Part shown: positions 8,242 through 17,677 of the stretch, one piece after another | Position numbering within the stretch: position 1 is the stretch's first letter | How the letters are laid out: every line of letters begins with the position of its first letter | Source of the DNA: Longicatena sp. | Lineage (GTDB): Bacteria > Bacillota_I > Bacilli_A > Erysipelotrichales > Erysipelotrichaceae | DNA: 24,000 nt | Direction of reading: 5' to 3' | Assembly (NCBI GenBank): GCA_036639195.1 | Contig: JAVWJF010000005.1 | Location: 5,114-29,113 of the forward strand | The notes under the pieces: generated by a model | Database searches by the model: none | Seen by the model: the letters and a program-made list of their open reading frames with translations, nothing else | Told to the model about the DNA's origin: nothing | Translations under genes and position numbers: made by a program

Positions 8242-9351
8242 CTATTTTGCTAAGTTATATAAGCTTAACGCATATATTTTCGCGTTCATAATAATATCTT
8301 TGATATCCATCCATTCATCTGGATTGTGTCCAATTCCCTTTTGTCCTGGGAAACTTGGACCAAATGGTACAATATTTGGCATTGCTTTTGCATAAGTACC
8401 TCCTGTTGTAGTAACAGGTGTTCCATCCATTCCACTAACTTCTTCATAGGCTGCTTGTAATGCTTGTACCATAAAACAATCTTTTTCAAAGCGAACAGGA
8501 TCATAGTTATGAATCAATTCTAATGTACAATGTTCACCCATTTTCGATTGTATTTGTGCTTGTATTTCTTCAAGTGTACAACAAGCAGGATAGCTTAATG
8601 TAAACTTGAATTCCACTTCTTCTAAATGACTTTGCAAGTGATACCCTCGCATCTGCATTTCTCCGTATTCTTCATCGTGATAATCAATACCTAAACGATT
8701 GCCATTTGGTGCGCTTTCTAGGAAATAGGTTGTTACCACAGAGAAGAATTCACCTAAGTATTCTTTGGGCGCACTTATACGAAAATTAGCACGTCCTCTT
8801 TCTCCATATACCACAGGATATTTACAATCTGGTGTCCATCCCATGATAGGTGGCTTTTCTTTTTTAAGATAGTATGTTAAATCTTCAAAACCACTTTCTT
8901 CATCCGTACCAAACATGATACGAATCTGTTTTGACAACGGTAGTTGTAATCGTTTCAAAGCATAGAGTGCATATAAACAACTCATAATAGGCCCTTTGTT
9001 ATCTAGTATCCCACGTGAATAAATACGTCCATGTTCATCTGTATATCCACTAAATGGTGGATGTGTCCAACCAACACCTACTTCAACTACATCCAAGTGT
9101 CCCATAACTCCAACGTAGTCTTCACTTTCCCCATATTTTGCATATCCCACATAGTTGTCTACGTTCTCTGTTTCAAAACCAAGTCTTTGAGAAATCTCTA
9201 ACGCTTTATCTAACGCTTCTTTGATTCCTTTTCCAAATGGTGCATCTACACATGGTTCACTTTTTACACTGTCAATTTTTACAACTTCTAATATTCCTTG
9301 TATCATCTCTTCAGAAATTTTATCAATTTCTGCTAGTATCTGTTCTTTCAT
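8242..9351 (-). CDS. M20-family metallo-dipeptidase (PepV/Sapep-like, shorter than typical PepV)
   Basis: MGHLDVV..G.GW..PPF, GRIYSRGILDNKGP, a C-terminal GGTYAK...FGPSFPG...HNPDEW. At 369 aa the lid region appears shorter than in the ~470-aa PepV enzymes (from memory, not aligned). Confidence 0.8.
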   Translation of the reverse strand: MKEQILAEIDKISEEMIQGILEVVKIDSVKSEPCVDAPFGKGIKEALDKALEISQRLGFETENVDNYVGYAKYGESEDYVGVMGHLDVVEVGVGWTHPPFSGYTDEHGRIYSRGILDNKGPIMSCLYALYALKRLQLPLSKQIRIMFGTDEESGFEDLTYYLKKEKPPIMGWTPDCKYPVVYGERGRANFRISAPKEYLGEFFSVVTTYFLESAPNGNRLGIDYHDEEYGEMQMRGYHLQSHLEEVEFKFTLSYPACCTLEEIQAQIQSKMGEHCTLELIHNYDPVRFEKDCFMVQALQAAYEEVSGMDGTPVTTTGGTYAKAMPNIVPFGPSFPGQKGIGHNPDEWMDIKDIIMNAKIYALSLYNLAK

Positions 9352-9352
9352 A

Positions 9353-10309
9353 TTACTTCTCGCTAAGTGGTGCCATTCTTGTCTTCATGTAGTTATCTAA
9401 CCATTCTTTGCTAGCTTCTTCATGTACACATTTTCCATTTACATTCTTTGTTAAATAAACAATTGGTTTTTGTGTTTGTGTTGCGACTGCGAAAGAGAAT
9501 CCTTCAATGTTTGTAGATACACCCCATTCTCCTTTGTTGTTCATCGCAATCAACGATAAATCTCCTGCCTTACCACGACGTCTTGTTAATTCTTCATCCA
9601 ATTGAGCAACCGCAATATCGCAAGCCTCTTGTGGATGTTTCCCTTCTTTCATCAAGCGCACGATTTCATAGGAGATACATCCTTTCATTAGATCTTCTCC
9701 TAAACCAGTAGCACTTGCTCCACCAACCAAACTATCCACATAGAATCCAGAACCAGAAATTGGAGAATCTCCAACTCTACCCTTCTTCTTCATAAACAAT
9801 CCTGATGTTGAAGTCGCCGCTGTCATATCACCATGATTATCTAAACATACCATACCTACTGTATCATGTCCACTATATGGTTTAATCTCCAATTCTTGCA
9901 CTTCTTTTACACGATTTTTGTAGTGAATCTTCGCACGATCACTCAACATGTTCTTACGCTCAAAACCTTCTTTATGTGCAAATTTCTCTGCGCCCTCACC
10001 AACCAATAAGTTATTTACTTTTTCTTTACTTAAACGGCGTGCAATACTAATTGGATTTGCGAAATCTTTGATTGCCGCAACAGCTCCTATATCAAGCGTT
10101 GTCCCATCCATATATGCCGCATCTAATTCTACTTCCATTTCTTCATTTGGAAGTCCACCATATCCTACGGATTTATAATATGGGAAATCTTCTACCTCTT
10201 TGATTGCGACTTCGATTGCATCTCCGCTGATACCATCGTTTTCAAGCATTTCACCAGCTTTGCTAATTCCTTCTACTGCCATTCTCCAAGTTGCTATAAT
10301 ACCCCACAT
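9353..10309 (-). CDS. Ntn-hydrolase of the asparaginase-2 family, glycosylasparaginase (N4-(beta-N-acetylglucosaminyl)-L-asparaginase)-like
   Basis: Has the autoprocessing/nucleophile motif HDTVGMV, the GDSPISGSG glycine-rich loop and an N-terminus (WGIIATWRMAVEG) resembling the NTWPF...A..AW start of aspartylglucosaminidases. The GAGGAG SD favours the ATG at 10309. Confidence 0.75.
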   Translation of the reverse strand: MWGIIATWRMAVEGISKAGEMLENDGISGDAIEVAIKEVEDFPYYKSVGYGGLPNEEMEVELDAAYMDGTTLDIGAVAAIKDFANPISIARRLSKEKVNNLLVGEGAEKFAHKEGFERKNMLSDRAKIHYKNRVKEVQELEIKPYSGHDTVGMVCLDNHGDMTAATSTSGLFMKKKGRVGDSPISGSGFYVDSLVGGASATGLGEDLMKGCISYEIVRLMKEGKHPQEACDIAVAQLDEELTRRRGKAGDLSLIAMNNKGEWGVSTNIEGFSFAVATQTQKPIVYLTKNVNGKCVHEEASKEWLDNYMKTRMAPLSEK

Positions 10310-10352
10310 AATCATTCTCCTCTCGCTTTATTTTCAGCTTTTATTCCCCTCT

Positions 10353-10407
10353 ATTATAATACCATTTTAACACTTCTTTACTAAGTTCACTTCCTAAAAC
10401 TTAGGAA
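10353..10407 (-). promoter_or_regulatory. promoter module A: palindrome TTCCTAAAACTTAGGAA (10391-10407) plus -10 TATAAT (10353-10358, minus strand) for the 10309-6049 operon
   Basis: Minus-strand reading is TTTCCTAAGTTTTAGGAA, 32 nt, TATAAT. No TTGACA-like hexamer sits 16-18 nt upstream of the -10. Confidence 0.7.
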
Positions 10408-10481
10408 ACTCATTTTAATCTTTTACAAAGTTCATAAATCATGGAAATAAACATATATTTTCTTACTATTTTACTTGTTAG

Positions 10482-10523
10482 TAAAAGAAAATGCACCCCT
10501 TACATCGATATAAGAGGTGCATT
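10482..10523 (-). terminator. Rho-independent terminator after the DUF871 gene
   Basis: AATGCACCCCTTA (10490-10502) pairs with TAAGAGGTGCATT (10511-10523) with one mismatch. On the minus strand it is followed by TTTTCTTTTAC. Confidence 0.75.
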
Positions 10524-10529
10524 ATTGCA

Positions 10530-11624
10530 TTATTCTATAAATCCAAACATATGTTCTGGATGTTTTTCCATTTCTTCTAGAATCATGTGCTCATCTTCAC
10601 AAATATGAGCGACTAAGTTTCGTTCTCCATCATTTTCAATATCCATCAAAATAATTTCCACTTCTCCACGATAATGCATTAAGTTATCGTTGACTACAAC
10701 GACATCTCCACGATGAAACATCTTTTGTTCACAAGAGCGTGCAGGAATAGGTTCTTCTTTAAAGAAGAAACGTGGCAATGAGCTACGAATATAATAATCA
10801 CTAGCATCTTGACGACCAGTATGTGGATAATTGAATAATGCTTTTCTTTCAATCTCACTGATTCCTTCTTCAAGTTGGATCTTAATGGTTGTCTTACTTA
10901 AATCTACATTCGACATTGCTTTCAATTCATCTTCACTAGCATATGTGTTCCCAATTAAAATATCATCGATCAATTCACAAGCCAACATATGACGTACTTG
11001 AACATCAATCGGTTTTTTACGGTGAACTTCAACCGTTGGTAAACCTGCGGATACAGGCCAAGGCCCAAATGTATTTGCTTCATTGCTAGATACAAAGGCT
11101 GCAGTACGTAAGCCTAAACTCTTCCATTTTTCATTTAACTTCATAAACAATTTCCAACTGATACCGCTGTATCGTTCTGGATAAAAGTTATGACAAACAA
11201 TCACATTATGCGGATCTGCCCCATGTTTCAATAAGTAATCAAGAGTAGAATCAGCACTTCCGTTAAATTCTATCTTTATTTGATATTCATTGTGTGTAAT
11301 AGCACGATCTAAGAAATCATCGAAATGTCCATCCAAGCGAATGATATCTACTTGCATATCATGGAACACTTTCAAATCCAAAGGGGTCGCTCCTAAATGT
11401 TTGAATACTTCTGGATTGGTATCGACAGCTACTTCAAACCCTAATGCATGTGCACGCTTCATAAAATCTGAAAATTCTTCTATGATTTCTTCTTTTGATT
11501 TTTTTACTGATAATAAACAAGTAAAGATTCTAGTAAAACCATATTTGGCGGCTACTTCCATATAGGCTTGATCTTTTTCTGCTGTGGAATGCTCTGGGTA
11601 TAAACTAATTCCTAACTTATGCAT
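10530..11624 (-). CDS. DUF871 / MupG-family TIM-barrel protein (6-phospho-N-acetylmuramidase-like phospho-glycosidase)
   Basis: 364 aa. The N-terminus KLGISLYPEHST.EKDQAYMEVAAKYGFTRIFTCLLSV and the overall length match the DUF871 family. GGAGGG SD. Confidence 0.8.
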   Translation of the reverse strand: MHKLGISLYPEHSTAEKDQAYMEVAAKYGFTRIFTCLLSVKKSKEEIIEEFSDFMKRAHALGFEVAVDTNPEVFKHLGATPLDLKVFHDMQVDIIRLDGHFDDFLDRAITHNEYQIKIEFNGSADSTLDYLLKHGADPHNVIVCHNFYPERYSGISWKLFMKLNEKWKSLGLRTAAFVSSNEANTFGPWPVSAGLPTVEVHRKKPIDVQVRHMLACELIDDILIGNTYASEDELKAMSNVDLSKTTIKIQLEEGISEIERKALFNYPHTGRQDASDYYIRSSLPRFFFKEEPIPARSCEQKMFHRGDVVVVNDNLMHYRGEVEIILMDIENDGERNLVAHICEDEHMILEEMEKHPEHMFGFIE

Positions 11625-11650
11625 ACAATGCCCTCCTAGTTGATACCTTT

Positions 11651-11704
11651 ATTATACGCAAAAAAATAGAGAAACTTCTATACTTTATTTCCTAATGTTA
11701 GGAA
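11651..11704 (-). promoter_or_regulatory. promoter module B: palindrome TTCCTAATGTTAGGAA (11689-11704) plus -10 TATAAT (11651-11656, minus strand) for the DUF871 gene
   Basis: Minus-strand reading is TTCCTAACATTAGGAAA, 32 nt from TAGGAA to TATAAT. No -35 is visible. Confidence 0.7.
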
Positions 11705-11709
11705 GATTC

Positions 11710-11743
11710 AAAGAATAAAAGAAAAGGTGCTAATGCACCTTCC
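11710..11743 (-). terminator. Rho-independent terminator after the EIIA-EIIB unit
   Basis: Minus strand reads GAAGGTGC-ATTA-GCACCTTTTCTTTTATT. Confidence 0.8.
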
Positions 11744-11762
11744 CTATAGATGAATGATCACC

Positions 11763-12083
11763 TTATTTTTTAAATGTTTTAATCAATTTAATTGCTGTTT
11801 TAAGTACTTTTTCACCGTTCATCATACCATAATCTGCAGCATCAATAACAGCTACTGGAACTTCCTCTCCAAAGCGTTTGTTCGTTTCTTCAAACAAATA
11901 CTTTACTTGAGGTCCAAGTAAGATGCAATCTGGATGTAATTGTTCTACGATATCACCAATCTTTGAATGAGAATATGCTTTTACTTCTAAAGGAAGATCA
12001 TGAGCATTTGCTACATTCTGCATTTCTTGTGCTAACATACTCGTAGACATACCAGCGCTACAAAATAAATAAATTTTCTTCAT
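11763..12083 (-). CDS. PTS EIIB component, lactose/cellobiose family (copy 1)
   Basis: 106 aa. The N-terminal MKKIYLFCSAGMSTSML contains the phospho-accepting Cys loop. ILLGPQVKY is also present. Confidence 0.9.
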   Translation of the reverse strand: MKKIYLFCSAGMSTSMLAQEMQNVANAHDLPLEVKAYSHSKIGDIVEQLHPDCILLGPQVKYLFEETNKRFGEEVPVAVIDAADYGMMNGEKVLKTAIKLIKTFKK

Positions 12084-12100
12084 ACGTTTCTCCTTTCTCT

Positions 12101-12430
12101 TTATTTCAGCTTATTTTCAAGAGCCGTAATTCTCTCATAGCTTTGAATCAATTCACTCGCAATAATTTTAAAACCTTCTGCACTCATCAATTGATCTTCT
12201 GCATGAACCAAAAGCAAACAAGTTTCAACCTTTTCACCGCTTGCTTCTTGTTGAATCATTTTCGCATGAGCTTCGTGTCCTTGAAGGAAACTTTTTTCCC
12301 CTTCTTCAATCATTTCTCTAGCTTTTTCAAAATTTGCTTTCTTTGCTTCCTGTATTGCTTCTATATAGCTGGAGCGAGCCATTCCAACAGCTGAGATTAT
12401 CTGAAAGCATTGCAATTCCAAACCTTCCAT
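12101..12430 (-). CDS. PTS EIIA component, lactose/cellobiose family
   Basis: 109 aa helical protein with IISAVGMARS and the active-site His context LLLVHAEDQLMSAE. GAGGAGGG SD. Confidence 0.9.
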   Translation of the reverse strand: MEGLELQCFQIISAVGMARSSYIEAIQEAKKANFEKAREMIEEGEKSFLQGHEAHAKMIQQEASGEKVETCLLLVHAEDQLMSAEGFKIIASELIQSYERITALENKLK

Positions 12431-12472
12431 TACTCATACCCTCCTCTTAAGTGATCTTTATCACGCACCTTT

Positions 12473-12529
12473 ATTATACTAGTCATTAAAAGAAAATACT
12501 TTTAACACCGTTTCCTAATGATTAGGAAA
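12473..12529 (-). promoter_or_regulatory. promoter module C: palindrome TTTCCTAATGATTAGGAAA (12511-12529) plus -10 TATAAT (12473-12478, minus strand) for EIIA-EIIB
   Basis: Minus-strand reading is ATTTCCTAATCATTAGGAAA, 33 nt from TAGGAA to TATAAT. No -35 is visible. Confidence 0.7.
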
Positions 12530-12553
12530 TTGATTATGAAGCATTGCGCATAC

Positions 12554-12611
12554 TTCCTAAGTCGTTAGGAAAGTCATCTACCATCCTTTTTCAAACCCAT
12601 TCCCTTATAAT
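12554..12611 (+). promoter_or_regulatory. promoter module D: palindrome TTCCTAAGTCGTTAGGAAA (12554-12572) plus -10 TATAAT (12606-12611) for the divergent pepF-like operon
   Basis: On the plus strand there are 34 nt from TAGGAA to TATAAT. No -35 is visible. It lies 24 bp from site C in the same divergent intergenic region. Confidence 0.65.
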
Positions 12612-12637
12612 ATAAATATAAGAAAGAAGGTCTAACA

Positions 12638-14401
12638 ATGAACACATATGAATGGTCTTTAGATGCTTTATATAAAGGATACGAGGACCCTAAATTTAAA
12701 GAAGATATGAAACAACTCCATGCACTACATGATGAACTGGAAACATTTACCACTACACTTAACACACAAAGCGTTGCTCAAGCAATCAAACAAAGCATTG
12801 CTCTTTTGGAGAAAGAATGCGACTTATCGTACCGTTTACGTATGTATACAGTTCTACGTCAATCCGTAGATACAAGCGATACTTCTACACTTGGTTATTT
12901 AAATATGATCAATTCTAGAATTTCTTCCTTTTCCATGTATCGTTCTCAAATAAAAGAGTACTTAGCACACATTGATAACATAGATTGCTACATTGAGCAA
13001 GATGATACTTTAAAAGAATATAGCTTTATGCTTCATGCGCTTAAAGACAAAGCATCCCATGCCCTTAGCAAAGAAGAAGAGGGACTTTTAGCAAGTGTTT
13101 CACAAACAAGCGTAAAAGCATTCAGTGATATGTATTATCATTTAACATCCAATGTTACTACAGAGTGTCTTGGTAAAACAATGACCTTAACACAAGTAAA
13201 AAACCTATGTCATTCCACTCGTAAGCAAGAGCGTAAAGAAGCCTTTATTTGTGAGATGAAAGCGTATGAATCCATCAAAGAACCCTTGGCTTTTTCTGTA
13301 AACAACATCAAGCGTCACCAACTTATGGAAGCGCGCTTACGAGGATATCAAGATCCTTTAGATAAAATGCTTCAAGATTCGTTTATGAAAAAAGAAACCC
13401 TTGATGCAATGTATGCTGCAGTGGATAAATACTTACCGAAATTCCATGAATACCTACGTACGAAAGCAAGTATGTTAGGGTATGAGAATGGTCTTCCTTG
13501 GTATGATATTTACGCAACCATTGGAGAGAGTACAATGAGTTTCTCTATGGAAGATTGTGAACGTTATATTTTAAAACATTTCAAAACATTCTCAAATGAT
13601 TTATATGATATGACAAAACGTGCAATGGATGAACATTGGATGGACTACCCATCCCATGCCGGCAAACAAAGTGGTGCGTTCTGTGAAAATCTAGCTTGGA
13701 TCAAACAGAGTAGAATCATTACCAATTATGGCGATACATTAAGTGATGTCATTACAGTGGCTCATGAATTGGGTCATGCTTATCATGGAATGATGGTAGA
13801 AGATGAACGTCCACTAAATAGAGAATACTGTATGCCACTTGCGGAAACAGCATCTACTTTTAATGAAAACATCATGTACAATGCCTTGATTCAAGATGCA
13901 GATGAAAAGAATAAGTTATTCTTGATTGATACACAACTATCCGCTCTTTGTCAAAATATATGTGATATTACAACACGTTATACCTTTGAGAAAGCTGTAT
14001 TTGATCAATGTGAAAGTAAGTTTCTATTCGCATCTGATTTACAAGAATTGATGTTGGATGCAGAAAAGAAATGCTTTGGTAATGGCTTGGACCCAGAATG
14101 GTTACACCCATTCCGTTGGATCACAAAAGTTCATTACTATATACCAGATATTGCCTTCTATAACTTCCCATATACTTTTGGAGCATTGTTCTCTAGAGGA
14201 TTATATGCGATGTATGAACAAGAAAAAGAAGCCTTCCTTCCAAAATATCGCGCATTATTAAAAGCTTCTACTACCAATACAGTAGAAGATTGTGCACGCA
14301 TTGCTGGTATTGATTTAAGTAAACCTGAATTCTGGGAAACTTCCTTAGCATCTATTACAAAACAAATGGATATGTTCTTAGAACTTGCGAAGGGACAATA
14401 A
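12638..14401 (+). CDS. M3B-family oligoendopeptidase (PepF-like)
   Basis: 587 aa with the zinc motif VAHELGHAYH (HExxH) and a downstream E in AETASTFNE, as in oligoendopeptidase F relatives. Confidence 0.9.
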   Translation: MNTYEWSLDALYKGYEDPKFKEDMKQLHALHDELETFTTTLNTQSVAQAIKQSIALLEKECDLSYRLRMYTVLRQSVDTSDTSTLGYLNMINSRISSFSMYRSQIKEYLAHIDNIDCYIEQDDTLKEYSFMLHALKDKASHALSKEEEGLLASVSQTSVKAFSDMYYHLTSNVTTECLGKTMTLTQVKNLCHSTRKQERKEAFICEMKAYESIKEPLAFSVNNIKRHQLMEARLRGYQDPLDKMLQDSFMKKETLDAMYAAVDKYLPKFHEYLRTKASMLGYENGLPWYDIYATIGESTMSFSMEDCERYILKHFKTFSNDLYDMTKRAMDEHWMDYPSHAGKQSGAFCENLAWIKQSRIITNYGDTLSDVITVAHELGHAYHGMMVEDERPLNREYCMPLAETASTFNENIMYNALIQDADEKNKLFLIDTQLSALCQNICDITTRYTFEKAVFDQCESKFLFASDLQELMLDAEKKCFGNGLDPEWLHPFRWITKVHYYIPDIAFYNFPYTFGALFSRGLYAMYEQEKEAFLPKYRALLKASTTNTVEDCARIAGIDLSKPEFWETSLASITKQMDMFLELAKGQ

Positions 14402-14402
14402 C

Positions 14403-15332
14403 ATGATAAAGTTCTTTAATTTACATGATGATATAGGTAGTGATATTTTTGAACATCGCATAGAACAACCCAATCGTCTAGACGATTATCATTATCCTAA
14501 AATGAAACAAGGTGGGATTGATACAACTGCAATTGTTTGTTGTTTCTCTTCTAGCGAAACATGGCAAGATATGATGGAGCAAGTCTTATATATAAATGCA
14601 TCCATAGAGCGAAGTGAACACTATTCCTTTGGTTACGATAAAGATATTCGTGTCTTTATCGCGCTAGAGGGAATGTGTGGAATACGTGATCAAGTAAGAG
14701 AAAAAATACAGTGGTTATATCAACATAATGTACGCATGGCATCTCTTTGTTGGAATGACCATAACGCACTTGCTTGTGGAGCAAAAAGTGGAAACATGCC
14801 ACTTAGTGATTTGGGTATACAATGTATTGAAGCAATGAATGAAGTTCATATGGCAATCGATGTCAGTCATTGTTGTGAGTGGAACTTCTATGATATACAA
14901 CGTATCTCTACAACACCGATCCTAGCAACCCACAGCAATGTAAAAGGATTATTCAATCATTATCGAAATCTAAGCGATCCTCAAATTCAAGTTTTACAAG
15001 AACATGGTGGTATCCTAGGTGCTCTTCCTGTTCGTTGGTTTGTGACAAGAGATGAATCCAAACAAACGCTAAAAGAATTCATCAAAATCATAGATTATAT
15101 AAAAGAACGCTTTGGAACCCAACTTATCGCATTGGGATTTGATTTCATGGATTATATGGATGATCCTACTTGTATGGTAAAAGAATTGGATAGTGTAGCA
15201 CATATTCAAAACTTAGCAAATCAACTGTTAGAGCATGGCTATTCACAAGAGGAAGTAGAGACGATTTGCTTTGGAAATGCAAATCGCTATATGGAAAGTT
15301 ACCTGATTTACGAAAACGAAGAAGGGAAATAA
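14403..15332 (+). CDS. M19-family (renal-type/membrane) dipeptidase homologue
   Basis: Shows NLHDD at the N-terminus, then DVSH and ATHSN, in the order of the M19 metal ligands. The ATG at 14403 has an AAGGGA SD 7 nt upstream. The track's 14385 start overlaps the pepF-like stop and is less likely. Confidence 0.8.
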   Translation: MIKFFNLHDDIGSDIFEHRIEQPNRLDDYHYPKMKQGGIDTTAIVCCFSSSETWQDMMEQVLYINASIERSEHYSFGYDKDIRVFIALEGMCGIRDQVREKIQWLYQHNVRMASLCWNDHNALACGAKSGNMPLSDLGIQCIEAMNEVHMAIDVSHCCEWNFYDIQRISTTPILATHSNVKGLFNHYRNLSDPQIQVLQEHGGILGALPVRWFVTRDESKQTLKEFIKIIDYIKERFGTQLIALGFDFMDYMDDPTCMVKELDSVAHIQNLANQLLEHGYSQEEVETICFGNANRYMESYLIYENEEGK

Positions 15333-15336
15333 ATAT

Positions 15337-16800
15337 ATGAAAGTACTATTTGGTTATTTTAGTTCAGAATCTAACGAACATTCTCGCAGTCTTATGACAT
15401 TTGATAAATTCGTCTTTAAGTTTGGAGAAGAAGCAATTCAACATGTGTCTTGTCGTAACGTATTTGAAGATGCTGGAATTGAGTTAATTCCCAGTATTAT
15501 AGCACGTGGACATCCTCATGGTCTTGTGACATATGATGCCTTTGAATTCATTCGCTCACGTTTACTTACGGAAGTAAAAGCACATATGCATGAAATAGAT
15601 GGAATCTATTTATTCTTACATGGTGCAAGTAAAGTCATTGGACTTGAAGGAGGTTCGGCAGAACATGCCTTCTTAAGAGATATTCGAAAGATTGTTGGTC
15701 CTCACATGCCTATCGCACTCGTGATGGATCAGCATGGAAACTTATCACAAGAACTCGTAGACAATGTGAACATTCTTCGATGTTATCGACACTCTCCACA
15801 TACCGACGCACTAGAAACATTTGCATTTGTCGCAGAGAAATTCGTAGATTTATTAAAGAACAGAAGAAATATGCACCCTGTTTATCGTAAAGTTCCAATT
15901 ATTATTGGAGGAGAAAAAAGTGTTTCTCTTGATGAACCTATGCTATCCATCAACAAGATGTGTGATGACGCAGAAAAAGATGCACGCATTCTAAGTGCTT
16001 CTTTCCATATTGGATATCTACGTCATGATGGTGACAAGCTAGGATGTTCTGTAGTCGTTGTTCCACAACGTGAAAAATATCGTGCATATGCGGAAGAAGT
16101 TGCTGATCAAATACGTGCCTTTGCATATTCTAAACGTCACGAGTTTCATTACCATGGAAATACTGGTCTCCCTGAGGAAGTACTAAAGAAAGCTGTTGCT
16201 CATACTGGTGGCACAGTGTTTGTCACTGATTCTGGAGATAATGTTGGCTCTGGAGGAGATGGTTTTAATACCTTTATCCTACAACAGATTTTAAAATTAA
16301 AAGATACAAATAACAAACGTTATCTGATAAGTGGCATTGTCGATCATAATGCCTTCAAAGAACTCTATGGAAAAGAAGTCGGAGAACATGTTTCTCTGCG
16401 TGTTGGTATGGATTTTGATGATCTATGTAAAGCAGTAGATGTAGAAGGGGTAATCATTGCCAAAGGCTTACCCGATGAAGGTTATGAACATAAAAAAGAT
16501 ATGGGAACTGCAATCACAGTGCAATTTGATCATGCGCCAGTCAGCGTTGTAATATTGAACGATGCGATTCAATTTTATGAACCACAACAATATGCTCGCT
16601 GTGGAATCACATTAGAAGATTATGATGTCGTTGTGGTTAAACAAGGATATATATCTGCTGAGTTTGATGCATATGGCGATTTATGTATGATGGCACTTAC
16701 GCAAGGACCTACATACCAAAGAAGTGAACTATTAGAGTTCAAACAAATTTATCGTCCAATGTGGCCATATGATGACTATGAATTAGAGGATATGTTATAA
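15337..16800 (+). CDS. M81-family metallopeptidase (MlrC / microcystinase-C-like, DUF1485 N-domain)
   Basis: 487 aa. FGYFSSESNEHS (cf. HETNTF), YLFLHGA, MDQHGN and YRHSPHTD occur in the order I recall for the MlrC family. Confidence 0.75.
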   Translation: MKVLFGYFSSESNEHSRSLMTFDKFVFKFGEEAIQHVSCRNVFEDAGIELIPSIIARGHPHGLVTYDAFEFIRSRLLTEVKAHMHEIDGIYLFLHGASKVIGLEGGSAEHAFLRDIRKIVGPHMPIALVMDQHGNLSQELVDNVNILRCYRHSPHTDALETFAFVAEKFVDLLKNRRNMHPVYRKVPIIIGGEKSVSLDEPMLSINKMCDDAEKDARILSASFHIGYLRHDGDKLGCSVVVVPQREKYRAYAEEVADQIRAFAYSKRHEFHYHGNTGLPEEVLKKAVAHTGGTVFVTDSGDNVGSGGDGFNTFILQQILKLKDTNNKRYLISGIVDHNAFKELYGKEVGEHVSLRVGMDFDDLCKAVDVEGVIIAKGLPDEGYEHKKDMGTAITVQFDHAPVSVVILNDAIQFYEPQQYARCGITLEDYDVVVVKQGYISAEFDAYGDLCMMALTQGPTYQRSELLEFKQIYRPMWPYDDYELEDML

Positions 16801-16802
16801 AA

Positions 16803-16828
16803 AGTTGTGCAAATGCACAGCTTTTTTC
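16803..16828 (+). terminator. Rho-independent terminator after the pepF-M19-M81 operon
   Basis: AGTTGTGCA-AA-TGCACAGCT followed by TTTTTT. Confidence 0.8.
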
Positions 16829-17050
16829 ATGAGATAACTTTTTATAACATTCTATTCAAAGGAATATGAAAGCTACATATAGCTTTGCGAAATCATTCAA
16901 ATTTACAAGGTTAGAGCTCAATTCACTCTCTACTTAGGAGGGTCATTATGCATATAGGAAAAATCTCATAACAGGATAATGCATAAAAGGTAGAATTAGA
17001 TACAAATCATACTTGAAATATTATATAATACATTTTAAAGAGGGATGATA

Positions 17051-17623
17051 ATGATACTATATGTAGACGAAACAGAATGTGATGATTACTTTATCGTTGC
17101 AGGAATATTGACGGATTCCAAAGATAAGACGGATAAAATCTACAAGCAATTTAAAAAGAAGGTTAAGAATATTCCTTTATCTAAACGAGAGAAAGAAAAA
17201 ATATTCATTGAGTTCAAATCTGTTTATTTGGATAATAAATATCAGAAAATAAAAATTCTAATGCTTAAGCAAATCAATCAATTAAACTATAAAATCATTT
17301 TTTCAATGTACAACAAGAATGGAAATAGGATGAATCAGGAAACAAAAGAAAAACAATATATCTTATTGCTCGATAATATAGTCTCAAAAACAAGCAAGGA
17401 TATTGATATTATTTTTGATTCCTTTAATAAAAATAATTTTGAACAAAAAATAATTGATACTATCAAAATTCGTAAGCATGTAATATCAATTAAAAAACAA
17501 GATTCACGCTTAGAAGCAGGTATACAATTCATTGATAATATTTGCAGTGTTATACGTATGTATAAGACAAATGTAGAAAATGATTTTTATAAATTTATAG
17601 CAGATAACATTCTTGAAGTTTGA
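17051..17623 (+). CDS. DUF3800-like protein
   Basis: About 190 aa. The N-terminal LYVDET (DUF3800 DESG-type acidic motif) and the C-terminal GIQFIDNICSVIR (Q..D motif) are in the expected positions. The gene is extremely AT-rich. The AAAGAGGG SD favours the ATG at 17051. Confidence 0.5.
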   Translation: MILYVDETECDDYFIVAGILTDSKDKTDKIYKQFKKKVKNIPLSKREKEKIFIEFKSVYLDNKYQKIKILMLKQINQLNYKIIFSMYNKNGNRMNQETKEKQYILLLDNIVSKTSKDIDIIFDSFNKNNFEQKIIDTIKIRKHVISIKKQDSRLEAGIQFIDNICSVIRMYKTNVENDFYKFIADNILEV

Positions 17624-17642
17624 CTTTTTTAATATGTCCAAA

Positions 17643-17671
17643 TTGACATATATGTATAGTTATGGTATATT
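17643..17671 (+). promoter_or_regulatory. near-consensus sigma-A promoter (TTGACA, 17 nt, TGG-TATATT) driving the candidate sRNA
   Basis: TTGACA sits at 17643-17648 and TATATT at 17666-17671, separated by a 17-nt spacer with an extended -10 TG at 17663-17664. Confidence 0.7.
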
Positions 17672-17677
17672 TTGGTT

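Noticed and set aside
8715-8725. TTTCTAGGAAA inside the M20 dipeptidase gene, which resembles fused half-sites of the regulon motif.
   Set aside because: It is intragenic, has no spacer between half-sites and has no associated TATAAT. Most likely coincidental.
14385-14402. Upstream ATG at 14385 as the start of the M19 dipeptidase gene (MRRDNNMIKF...).
   Set aside because: It overlaps the end of the pepF-like gene and has no SD. The ATG at 14403 has AAGGGA at the right spacing and begins the conserved N-terminus.
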